A program made the translations under genes and the position numbers. The notes beneath the pieces were generated by a model, which did no database searches, was not told where the DNA came from, and saw nothing but the letters and a program-made list of their open reading frames with translations. Source: a virus. Taken from it: a stretch of 64,000 bases of DNA. The stretch covers positions 1 through 64,000 of IMG/VR virus record IMGVR_UViG_3300021180_000006; one strand, written 5' to 3'. Shown one piece after another: positions 39,467-48,468 of the stretch. Every line of letters begins with the position of its first letter. Position 1 is the first letter of the stretch.

Positions 39467-41083
39467 TCAAAGACCGGCTGGAGCCATTGCGTCTTTGAGG
39501 AATTGACGGGCCATTTCGATCAGATGCTGGAGGTGGGTATTGGAGGCGTTCTGGGCGTCGAGCTGCTTTTGCCAGATGGCGCGTGCCGTCTGTTCCGCCT
39601 GCCGGGCATTGGCGGCAAACGCTTCCCGCCCTGCATCCTGGCCGAATTTCAATTCCGGCGACTGGGCAAATGGTGAGCTGAACGGCCCGAATTCCGGCAT
39701 GCCGGCCCGCGCGATCGCGGCCTTTTCGACGCCGACCGTCGCATCCCGCGCCGCCTCGATTTGCTTGCGTTCATCAGCGGTGAGGTCCTGGCCCTCGCGG
39801 AGCAGCTTGTTGAACTCCTCGCGTTTTTCGTTGAACTTCTCGTGAATCTCCAGGATCGTCGCCGCCTTCTTGGCCTGATTGCTGCCCAACTCCGCTTCCT
39901 CGTGCAACATTTCCAGGCCGGCTGACATCACGGCTCGTCGGCGCTCCTCGCGCTCATCCTGAATCTGGTTCTGGTGTTCGATCGTGGCTCGGTGATCGGC
40001 TTCTGTTTTCTGCGCATCAATGGCCTTCTGGGTTTGATCGTGCTGCCGATAAGCGCGCTCCCTTTCGGCGGCATCGTTGAGGGGAGGCTGGCCCGCGTCC
40101 TTTCGCTTCTGGGCCTCGTCGCGGATGCGATTCAGATCGTCATTGAGCTTCAAGTCGGCGCGGCGTTTTTCTTCCTCGTATTGATTATCGCGCAGCACCT
40201 GCTCGGCCTCGAAACTTTCGTTCAACCCGTGCAGTTCTTCGGCGTCAGCTTCGGCGGCAAGACGCCTCAGCTTTATTTCATGCTCGGCGTCGTCGGACTC
40301 CAATCGCTCGTTGTGCGCGGCGTTGCGGTCGCGCTCCTCACGGCGAAATTTATCGTGGATGTTCTCTATCTCAATCTGCGCAGCCTTGGTGGTATCCTCG
40401 ATCGCGGAATCCTTCTGGGCGATGACCCCTTTCTCCAACTCGGTCGGATTGAAGTGGTGTTTCTTGTATTCTTCAAGTTCCTTCCGCAGGTCCGCGATGC
40501 GATCGGCTGCCGCCCGCGCCGCGTTTCCGACCGCCGCCCCCTCCGCGCTCATACCCGGTCGTTGCTGAGCCCGCGCCTCCGCCAGTTCATTCAGGGCCGA
40601 TCGCTGCTCGTGATAGGCGCGGGTGGTTTCTTCCAGCTTCTCGTGCAGATATTTCAGGGTGCCGGCGTCCGAGCGGGCGCGGTCGATCACCTTGTCTGAA
40701 GCGCCGGCCTCTTTGAGTTGTTCTGCGTGCAAGTCTTTGTAAGCATCGACGACCCGATCGAGGGCACCGACCAGCGGGTCGATTGACGACACCACATCAA
40801 GCATGCCTTGAACCTTGGCCTTGTGCAGGTCTTCGGCATCCGTCGCCTCCGAGACTCTTTCCGTGTAGGCCCGCATCCCCTCTGCCGCTCGATTCAACCC
40901 TTCGGCCAAAAGGGCGACCACAATCCCGGCACCGCCGAGCTTCAAGCCATGCTCCAGCAGGCGCGCTCCTCCACGGCTTTCGTGGATAAAGTTTTCCAGC
41001 TTTTCCTTTGCCGACTTATAAGCCTCGGCAGTCATGTCCTTTGCGCGGAGCCAGAAAGTGATTTGTTCGGTGCGCTCGGCCAT
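39467..41083 (-). CDS. tape measure-like protein
   Basis: Long Ala/Glu-rich helical protein with N-terminal ITFWLRAKDMT; tail operon position. Confidence 0.7.
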   Translation of the reverse strand: MAERTEQITFWLRAKDMTAEAYKSAKEKLENFIHESRGGARLLEHGLKLGGAGIVVALLAEGLNRAAEGMRAYTERVSEATDAEDLHKAKVQGMLDVVSSIDPLVGALDRVVDAYKDLHAEQLKEAGASDKVIDRARSDAGTLKYLHEKLEETTRAYHEQRSALNELAEARAQQRPGMSAEGAAVGNAARAAADRIADLRKELEEYKKHHFNPTELEKGVIAQKDSAIEDTTKAAQIEIENIHDKFRREERDRNAAHNERLESDDAEHEIKLRRLAAEADAEELHGLNESFEAEQVLRDNQYEEEKRRADLKLNDDLNRIRDEAQKRKDAGQPPLNDAAERERAYRQHDQTQKAIDAQKTEADHRATIEHQNQIQDEREERRRAVMSAGLEMLHEEAELGSNQAKKAATILEIHEKFNEKREEFNKLLREGQDLTADERKQIEAARDATVGVEKAAIARAGMPEFGPFSSPFAQSPELKFGQDAGREAFAANARQAEQTARAIWQKQLDAQNASNTHLQHLIEMARQFLKDAMAPAGL

Positions 41084-41156
41084 GGGGAGATTCGTAAAGG
41101 GGTTGCGTGGTCGCTAGGGTATCGCGGTACGGGGGAACATTTCGGGAGTCCCGCCC

Positions 41157-42086
41157 ATGAAAACGTCAATCGCGGTTCTGCTGGTCCTGTTGTGTGCCGC
41201 CGGTCCACAGCCGACGCGCCCGGCCTGGGACGGGAAAACCTGGCAGCTTGGCTGGGCCCACGGCACGGCGCAGCAGGTGGCGGATCAGATCAACGGCGAC
41301 GTTCTGCGTCTGGGTCGCCGCTGCGCCGAAGCGCGCTCGAGCATCGCCGATGAACGGGTGCGCTTGGGCAAACTGCACGATGCCCGGTTGGCCACGCTGC
41401 ACGCCACAGACGCGGCGGGCAAGATCGCCCAGATCGCCGACCTCACACAGCGCCTCAACCAGGCGCGGGCCGATCACGATTCAGCCGCGGCCATCGCCCT
41501 CAGCTCGCAACTGAATCACGACCGCCAGGACCTGGCCGGGATGGAGACGGCGGCCATCGCCGGCGACGATTCCCTCAACCGTTCGCAGGCGCTCTTGCGC
41601 GATCAGGAGGTCCAGCTTGCGGCGCTGGCGAATTCATTGTCCGATGCCCGAGCGTGGCGCGGGCAGATGCTCGATGCCATGCGGAACTCATTTCAACTCG
41701 CCTGGCCGCTGCACAAGGGCGACGTCGGACTTCTGGGGCCGACCAAAAGCACCGATCCGCTGCGCGATCTGGTCCGAAAGACGCACGGGGCGCGGGTGTC
41801 CGCGATGATCTTCGACAACACCCGCCTGGCCTACGCCACCGAATGGCGCGAACAGACCGAGGAGCACGAATCGATCACCACCAACAAGGTGGTGCAGCAT
41901 CCCTTCCTGGTCCAGCCCGACGGCGCGATGCCCGAGGCGGATACCGTCGTGGAGATTGCCGTGCTCGATGAAGACCCGCCCGCCGCCACGGCGATCGGCC
42001 AGGCGGTCGAATTGGCGGTGATCGCGCCGCGGCCGGATCACCCGTTCAGCCAGTTGATGAAGGCGATCGACGACGGGATCAAGTAG
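41157..42086 (+). CDS. secreted coiled-coil protein (moron)
   Basis: Signal peptide MKTSIAVLLVLLCAA; GGAG RBS; antisense to the late operon. Confidence 0.7.
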   Translation: MKTSIAVLLVLLCAAGPQPTRPAWDGKTWQLGWAHGTAQQVADQINGDVLRLGRRCAEARSSIADERVRLGKLHDARLATLHATDAAGKIAQIADLTQRLNQARADHDSAAAIALSSQLNHDRQDLAGMETAAIAGDDSLNRSQALLRDQEVQLAALANSLSDARAWRGQMLDAMRNSFQLAWPLHKGDVGLLGPTKSTDPLRDLVRKTHGARVSAMIFDNTRLAYATEWREQTEEHESITTNKVVQHPFLVQPDGAMPEADTVVEIAVLDEDPPAATAIGQAVELAVIAPRPDHPFSQLMKAIDDGIK

Positions 42087-42213
42087 GAGACGCGAAGTCC
42101 CCGAGCCGCCGAGCGCCAGTTCTTCCCTGCCTTTTGTTGGCCGAGTCGTAAGCCTCGCCGGTTTCGTCCTTTGCGCGGAGCTTAAACGTGATCTGTTCGG
42201 TGCGGTCGGCCAT
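42079..42213 (-). pseudogene. relic copy of the tape-measure 5' end (MADRTEQITFKLRAKDETGEAY...)
   Basis: Closely similar to 41020-41083 in both DNA and protein; stops after 44 codons. Confidence 0.75.
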
Positions 42214-42404
42214 GGTCTTTACTATTTGCTGTTTGACTTGCCCGGCTCACCAAGGGCATGATGGCTTCCGCTGTCCAAAAAACGTGATTCCCCCCGCGTC
42301 ACAAACGGAATCACCACGAAACGCATCCGCCTCAGCGCCAAACTCGCCTCGCGCGTTATTTGGACAGCCGCTGTGTGCGGATGCTTGCGCTACGGAGAGC
42401 AAAC

Positions 42405-42608
42405 ATGAAACGCCTTTTTGAATTGATCGTCTGCCTGGCGATCGTCGCAGTGATGGTCGTCATCGCCGAGCGCCGCTACGCGAGGCCGACGATTCCCGAG
42501 GTCCCCGACAACCTCGCCCGCTCAATGGACTCGCTCCGGGCCGAAGTCGGACCGCATACTTACCGCGGGCAGGTTTTGCCACAGCAGTCGCCCCAGCCCC
42601 AGCACTAG
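42405..42608 (+). CDS. small membrane protein
   Basis: N-terminal TM helix, GGAG RBS. Confidence 0.6.
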   Translation: MKRLFELIVCLAIVAVMVVIAERRYARPTIPEVPDNLARSMDSLRAEVGPHTYRGQVLPQQSPQPQH

Positions 42609-42617
42609 GAGATCACC

Positions 42618-43844
42618 ATGAACGCAGGACGCACATCGAACTCACTCGCACGACGCGGTTTTTCCTTCACCGAGATTCTGTTCGCCATCATGATCCTGGG
42701 CATCGGCTTCATTCTGGTGGCTTCCATGTTCCCGGTGGCCATCAAACAGGCAGATACCAGCAAGTCAGAGACGGTCGGCGCTCAACTCGCCCGCACCGGC
42801 GTCTCGTTCGTTCAGCAGATGGGGAGCACGAGCTTCTACCAGATTTCGCCCACGGCCGTTCCTGCTGGCGACAAGCTCTGCGTTCTGCGGCCGACCGTGC
42901 AATTTCCCGGCACTCATCTTTTCACGGATCAGGACTTGTATAACGCCATCAAGCCCGGCAGCGCTGTTGATCCAACGAACGCATTGCCGCCCTACACGGT
43001 GCCGGGAACTTACATCGTGCCTGGTGAGGTGTGGGACTTCATGCCGATCAGCCCAACCGGATTCGGCGCTGAGCCGGTCGCGGCGGTGGCTTCCGGCAGT
43101 GGTTCCGTGCCCACCAGCACGAATCTGAGTGCGCTGCTATGCTCGATGATTTCTGAGAACATGGTGCAGACCGCCGACCCGAAATACGGGTGGGTGGCAT
43201 TCTACAAGCGCGACATGATCGAAACGGTGATTGCCCCGCCCGGCGGCGCCATCACGCGATCGCTGGCTTACGCGCCGTCTGCTCAGATCATCGTTGTTGC
43301 CGTTGCCGACCGCAACGCCACGTCCTACACCACTTCCATCAACCCCAGCGGAACGCCGGCCCTTGATGTGCCCGCCGTTCCCTCATCGCCCACGCCGCCT
43401 GCGGTTGTCACTCAGCCGCCATCCCTGCAAGCGTCCCGATCCGCACCCGGTTCCCCGGCCACGATCATCCCGCCCGATGCGAATAGCCTGGACGCCACCA
43501 TTAGCTTCTCCGATCCAATTCAGAACCAGCGGGCCGACGAAGGCGCGTTTGTCATTGTCGCGGCCGACGCCCAGGGGACGATGCCGCTGAGCAGCCCGTT
43601 TCATGGATTGCTGAATGGGCGAATCTACCGGCTTGGGGCATTCGACGCAGGATCGTCGCAGTGGAAGTTCGCGCCGGGGTACGGGCCATCAACCTCCGAC
43701 ATCACGGCGATGGCCGGCCACAACAGATTTTCCGTCTACCTGATCGGCCGAGGGCTCAACCCGGACGGCTCAACGCCGGTCTATTCGGGGCTGGCGCAGG
43801 ACGTGGCCGCCTACAGCACGTTCGTTTCCTGTCCGATCAATTGA
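42618..43844 (+). CDS. prepilin-type N-terminal cleavage/methylation domain protein (PilV/pseudopilin-like)
   Basis: RRG|FSFTEILFAIMILGIGFILVASMFP class III signal with Glu5; AGGAG RBS. Confidence 0.85.
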   Translation: MNAGRTSNSLARRGFSFTEILFAIMILGIGFILVASMFPVAIKQADTSKSETVGAQLARTGVSFVQQMGSTSFYQISPTAVPAGDKLCVLRPTVQFPGTHLFTDQDLYNAIKPGSAVDPTNALPPYTVPGTYIVPGEVWDFMPISPTGFGAEPVAAVASGSGSVPTSTNLSALLCSMISENMVQTADPKYGWVAFYKRDMIETVIAPPGGAITRSLAYAPSAQIIVVAVADRNATSYTTSINPSGTPALDVPAVPSSPTPPAVVTQPPSLQASRSAPGSPATIIPPDANSLDATISFSDPIQNQRADEGAFVIVAADAQGTMPLSSPFHGLLNGRIYRLGAFDAGSSQWKFAPGYGPSTSDITAMAGHNRFSVYLIGRGLNPDGSTPVYSGLAQDVAAYSTFVSCPIN

Positions 43845-43849
43845 AGCGG

Positions 43850-44482
43850 TCATCGTCCCGCTTTGAGCCGGTCGATCTGCGATTCGATGTTCTTGGACAA
43901 ACTCCCCTGCAACTCGGTCTGAATGGACTCGATGCGCGAGGGATTGTTGGCCAATACGCCGATCGCCGTCGGGCCGTACAACTCGCGGATGGGCAGGGCG
44001 GGGCGCTTCTGCACCAGCGCCTTGCGCTTGCCCTTGACCATTTGCAATCCGGCGCCCGGTTTGCGCTTGAAGACGCCCTGATGTCCTTCGCGCTGCTGAC
44101 TGCCGCGCAGGGGCATGGTGGCGATGAAGGCCCCGCGGATCAACTGACTTCCCCCGCCCTTGCGCACCGACACCCTCACGCCCTGCCGCGTCTGCACGGG
44201 ATGGTATTCCCCCATGGGCACTTCGTCGTGCGAGACGTTGATGCTGCCGGCGAGCACTTGCGGCGTCGAACGGTGCAGTCTCAGCGCCCGCAATGCCGCC
44301 TTCTGGCTGATGTTCAATTCCTCGGTGATGGTTTTCTTCAAGAGGGTGCGGCCGTGCTCCAGCGTCTTGTTGATCGCCCCCGACAGAGCGCGGCGGGCGC
44401 CGTTGGGGATCGAGGAGAGCATCTTCTTGACGCGGGCCTCCTCAACCGGATCGATCACCAGCTCGAAATGGATATCGGGCAT
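43850..44482 (-). CDS. phage tail completion protein (lambda gpZ-like)
   Basis: ARRALSGAINKT...GAFIATM...GVFKR...LPIRELYGP. Confidence 0.75.
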   Translation of the reverse strand: MPDIHFELVIDPVEEARVKKMLSSIPNGARRALSGAINKTLEHGRTLLKKTITEELNISQKAALRALRLHRSTPQVLAGSINVSHDEVPMGEYHPVQTRQGVRVSVRKGGGSQLIRGAFIATMPLRGSQQREGHQGVFKRKPGAGLQMVKGKRKALVQKRPALPIRELYGPTAIGVLANNPSRIESIQTELQGSLSKNIESQIDRLKAGR

Positions 44483-44485
44483 AAT

Positions 44486-45289
44486 ATGCGTCCGATGAGT
44501 TCAACCCTCGCCAAGTCGCGCTACCGCGAAGCCCGCCAAGTGTGGACGATGGCGCAAGCGGTTGCAGCCTGGCAAGCGCATTTCCCGGCGATCCGCCAGC
44601 GCGCGGCCGTGATGGGCCAAATTTCGCGCAATATCGATCAGTCGCTCGGATCGCAATGGCGCGAAGTGGATGTGGAAGCGTTCTTGGCCGAATTTGATCC
44701 CTCACGCTCTTATTCGCGAAAGTGGTGGGAACAGAAACTCGGCAGCGCGGGATTCGCACGCGAGATCGAGATCGACCACTACATGATCGTGCGCGAGGCC
44801 TTCGCCCACACGTTTTCCTTTACCATCCCCTCGACCGAAGCATTAAACGCGATCCGGTCATTCATCGGCGATGCGCCGGTCATCGAATATTTCGCCGGTC
44901 GAGGCTATTGGGCTTATCTGCTCAACCGGGAGTTTGGCGTGCAGATCACCGCCACCGACCGCAATCAGGTCCAGGGTGAACACAGCTTTGACTGCTCGGG
45001 TGGCGGAAGCTTCATGCCCGTCGATCCCCTGGACATCGGCGGAGCGCGCCTTCCCAATGGGTTTGTCGCCATGATCGCGTGGATTCCTTATCTGAGCACG
45101 GCCGCCGATCGATTCCTCAAGCGCATGCAGCCGGGTGAAAAACTGATCCTGATCGGCGAATGGGGCGGTTGCTGCGCCGCCGATTCGACCTTCGACATTC
45201 TGGAAAAGCATTTCGAGCAGGTCAGTGAGTTCGCCGTCCCGCAGTTCTACGGCCTGCACGATCGCGGCTGTTTTCTGGAGCGGCGCTAG
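44486..45289 (+). CDS. SAM methyltransferase-like protein (moron)
   Basis: FTIPSTEAL...IEYFAGRGYWAYLL...LILIGE. Confidence 0.6.
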   Translation: MRPMSSTLAKSRYREARQVWTMAQAVAAWQAHFPAIRQRAAVMGQISRNIDQSLGSQWREVDVEAFLAEFDPSRSYSRKWWEQKLGSAGFAREIEIDHYMIVREAFAHTFSFTIPSTEALNAIRSFIGDAPVIEYFAGRGYWAYLLNREFGVQITATDRNQVQGEHSFDCSGGGSFMPVDPLDIGGARLPNGFVAMIAWIPYLSTAADRFLKRMQPGEKLILIGEWGGCCAADSTFDILEKHFEQVSEFAVPQFYGLHDRGCFLERR

Positions 45290-45725
45290 AACTCCTCCTC
45301 CTCCCCATCGATCTTCACCGGCGCGCCGCGGGCGAGCTTGTGCATCTGCTCCTGCTGTCTGACAAACTCGATCGCCTCAAGAAAAATAGCGGCCTGGTCG
45401 TACAGGCCGCCGGCCGCCGGATAGCGTCCGGCTTTGAAATCGGGCAGGAGGTTGAGGATCTCCCATACGTCCGGGGTGACGAAATCCAGCGGGCAAGCCG
45501 TCAATCGCTCGGCCTCGAAGCGCCGGCCTCCGCAGCGCGGGCAGACGCGCTCGCCGTTCTGATCGAAGCCGCTGGTGCCCTGGCCGCCGCACTCCAGGCA
45601 GGGGATGTTCAAGCCGTCGGCGTCGCAGGTGGGTTTGAAGCACTTTCGCTTGGTGCGGCAGGGGGGATCGGTGAGGCAGAGTTTGCCCCAGCGGATTGCC
45701 GCTCCAATAGCAAGGCTTTTTTTTT
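45286..45725 (-). CDS. -1 frame extension of the tail assembly chaperone (gpGT-like)
   Basis: -1 frame is open from the A9 run through CLECGG...CPRCGG...PAAGGLYDQ. Confidence 0.7.
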
Positions 45726-46100
45726 GTCTACGTGCATCCTGATGGCGTTCTCCGTGCCCAGATCGAGCAGCTCGTACTTGTCCACCAGATCGATGATGTC
45801 GTCGAAGTTCGGGATGCCGTTCTCGTCGCGCTTGAACTCGACCGGCTTGCCTTCGCGGTCGGTGAGGTTCTTCCAGCCCATGTAGATGATGCCCAGGGCC
45901 TCGTCGAGCTTGGCCTCGGATTCTTCATTGCTCAGGCGCGCACTCTGGGAGCGCAGTTCTTCTTCCAGCTTCTGAATCCGCTTGGCCTCGCGGCGGGTGA
46001 CGAAGCGGGCGAGAAACGTCGGGCGCGTTTCCTCGGGCTTGGCCTGGTCGGTAATCAGAACCACGGGGAAGGTTTCGGTGGGATCGCAGCTCAAAGGCAT
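45609..46100 (-). CDS. tail assembly chaperone (gpG-like)
   Basis: Downstream of the tail tube; GWKNLTDREGKPVEF; A9 slippery run near the 3' end. Confidence 0.75.
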   Translation of the reverse strand: MPLSCDPTETFPVVLITDQAKPEETRPTFLARFVTRREAKRIQKLEEELRSQSARLSNEESEAKLDEALGIIYMGWKNLTDREGKPVEFKRDENGIPNFDDIIDLVDKYELLDLGTENAIRMHVDKKKALLLERQSAGANSASPIPPAAPSESASNPPATPTA

Positions 46101-46103
46101 AGG

Positions 46104-46793
46104 TCATTTTTCCTTACGGGGAATCCGACGCACGGGACCGTCTTCAATCTTGTGGCATCCGTTGCAAAGCCATCGCACGTCCAGGCGATGCTTGCGCGCG
46201 TAACCCTTGTGGTGATGGGCGGTGAGCCGTCGTCGTTTCCCGCAGCGTTGACAACGTTCCGGTTTTTGCAATCGTCCATCGCGCAGCGCATTTGCGACGT
46301 GGTAACGGGCGGCGATTTTTCCCGCGTGGTGTTGTTTCTCGCGGGCATGGGCGGCTGCGAAAACCCGTTTGCCGCGGGCGGTTTCCCGGTACTGCTTTTG
46401 GTACTCGATCAGCTCGTCGCGGTGCTGGCGATAATATCGATGCGCACGTTTTTTTATTCGCGACTTCACCTCCGGTCGCGATCGATATTCCGCACTTTCT
46501 GCTAAATAGCGCTCGCGGTAGCGCAGGTAACGGGCACGCTGTTGCGCAGCCACTTTCTCAGGATTTTCCAAACGGTAGCGCCGCACTGCCGCCAGTCGTT
46601 CCTTGCGATGACGCCGATAGTGTTCGCGGGACCGCTTTCGCAGTTCATCTCCCTTGGCGATCGTCCGAGCCTTCATGTAGGCGGATACGCACTTCTTACA
46701 CTTGGCTTGGCGACCATCTTTAGACCGCGCATTTTTGCTGAATGATGAAAGAAAAAGGTAACGGCGACATTTCTGACAGCGCTTTTTTGCCAT
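46104..46793 (-). CDS. HNH endonuclease with N-terminal Zn finger
   Basis: CQKC...DGRQAKCKKC; CQRCG...AHHHKGY...VRWLCNGCHKIE. Confidence 0.8.
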   Translation of the reverse strand: MAKKRCQKCRRYLFLSSFSKNARSKDGRQAKCKKCVSAYMKARTIAKGDELRKRSREHYRRHRKERLAAVRRYRLENPEKVAAQQRARYLRYRERYLAESAEYRSRPEVKSRIKKRAHRYYRQHRDELIEYQKQYRETARGKRVFAAAHAREKQHHAGKIAARYHVANALRDGRLQKPERCQRCGKRRRLTAHHHKGYARKHRLDVRWLCNGCHKIEDGPVRRIPRKEK

Positions 46794-46838
46794 CCCCGGA
46801 CAATACCCGAATGGCATCGCGTTTACTATTACATTCTG

Positions 46839-47801
46839 CTAATTAAAAGTTAATGAATAGTCATCGTCTCCAGAAGTCCGGGTCGCAATAAACTCCAACG
46901 TGTCCGCCATCACGCCCTCGCGGTCCTCATCCTGCGGCGGGTTATTCAACTGCGCCTTGGGGGCGGAGAACTGGAGTTGGTTGCCCGCCGGGCCAGCGGT
47001 GAAGGCGAAGTTGTAGGTGGTCTGCGCGGTATGGGCCGCGAAAAAGTCCAGCGTCGAGAGCAGGTAGCTTTCCGGGGCAATACGGATTAGAGGCTCGCGA
47101 TCGGTGACGATGCCGCCGCGGAATCCGGTGCCGACCGGGGTGGAAGCGCTATCGACGGCGGATTGGTCCTGTCTCAGATAGAGCTTATTTCCCGAATGAA
47201 ACTCGAAATTGGGGAAGCGCATCGACTGGCCGCCCACCGTGACCGTCACTCCCGCGAAGCGCGGCGGAATCGTCGTCGGATAGGTAATGCCGCCGGGGAT
47301 GGCCGTCGTCGAAGGGCTCTGCCAGACGCCGTCGAAAGTCCACTCGAAATAGATTGGGTTCCCCGCCTGCGCCCGGATGACGAAGTCGCCAGCGCAACCG
47401 GCCAGGAGCTTCAAGCGCCCGGCCTGGAACAAACCGATCGAGATGGTGTTGATCGGGCTGGCCGGGGTGGGGGTGAAGGGAGAGAAGGGGCTGCTGGTGC
47501 CGGGACCCAAACCGCAAGCCGGCAGAAGCAAGCTGGCCCAGGCCGGGGCGCCGGCAGTGGAGAAGAACTCGGTGCGGAACGTCGCCTTGCCGGCGCGGGC
47601 GCCGGGGATGGTGAGCAGCTTGGAAAGATACTGCTGTCCCTGGCGGACATTGGGCTTGATGTCCGGGGTGATCTTGGGATCGAAGACGGCGCTGAACAGT
47701 TGGCAGTCGGAGCTGCCGGGCGTGACGACGACGCCGGTCGTAGCCTCGAGTTTTGCGCCGAAAACTCGGTTGCGTACTAACAAGTTTGGGTCGAACGCCA
47801 T
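46839..47801 (-). CDS. major tail tube protein
   Basis: GAKLEATTG N-terminus, beta-rich, DREG...LEF...DDDYSLTF C-terminus; precedes the chaperone. Confidence 0.7.
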   Translation of the reverse strand: MAFDPNLLVRNRVFGAKLEATTGVVVTPGSSDCQLFSAVFDPKITPDIKPNVRQGQQYLSKLLTIPGARAGKATFRTEFFSTAGAPAWASLLLPACGLGPGTSSPFSPFTPTPASPINTISIGLFQAGRLKLLAGCAGDFVIRAQAGNPIYFEWTFDGVWQSPSTTAIPGGITYPTTIPPRFAGVTVTVGGQSMRFPNFEFHSGNKLYLRQDQSAVDSASTPVGTGFRGGIVTDREPLIRIAPESYLLSTLDFFAAHTAQTTYNFAFTAGPAGNQLQFSAPKAQLNNPPQDEDREGVMADTLEFIATRTSGDDDYSLTFN

Positions 47802-48468
47802 TTGGGTTTACCTCGGGTGAATTGTCGGGGGAGAGTCGAAGGGATTAGGATCGTTGCCCATGCAGTGGCCGATGCAGCCGTTTCAGATGCCGAGCTTTTT
47901 CGCGCCAGTGGGTGGCCCGCCAACTCCACCGACAGAAGAAGAAAAACTCGCGCGGCAAATCCGCATATGGCTCAAGTTCGAGCCGGGGATGAAACTGCGA
48001 CGCATCGCGCGGAACTCTTGGATTTACGGGCGCGCCGCTAAACCGCTGGAAATCGAGGAGGTCTTAGTGCAGTTGATCCGGGAGGGCGTCGTGGTCATGT
48101 CCAATGGCGGGTTCCGTCTGGTCGATGCGCGCTAACGGAGCGGAGACGTTGACGGTCGGCGCTTCCATGGTACGGCCGTGGTCGATCGCCTTCTGTGGCG
48201 TCTCGAACTCGATCCGATGGCCATCCTCGGTGATCAGGTAATACAGCGGCGGGCGCGAAGGCGAGAAGCTGACCCACACGTCAAAGTGCAGATCGCTATG
48301 CACCGGCTGGCCCGGATGTTCACCACCTCGAGCGCCCGCGAAATCATGGAATTGTTTGAATGGCATGATGTTTGGTCATTTGTCACTGGTCACTGGTCAT
48401 TGGTCACTTGCCCGAGCCGCGCGGCAAAACAAATGACCAGTGGCAAATGACCAGTGACGCCGGGCGCT

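Noticed and set aside
43661-44485. N-terminal half of the 542 aa + strand ORF
   Set aside because: Overlaps the gpZ-like gene antisense and the end of the pilin gene; the real gene likely starts at 44486 or 44495
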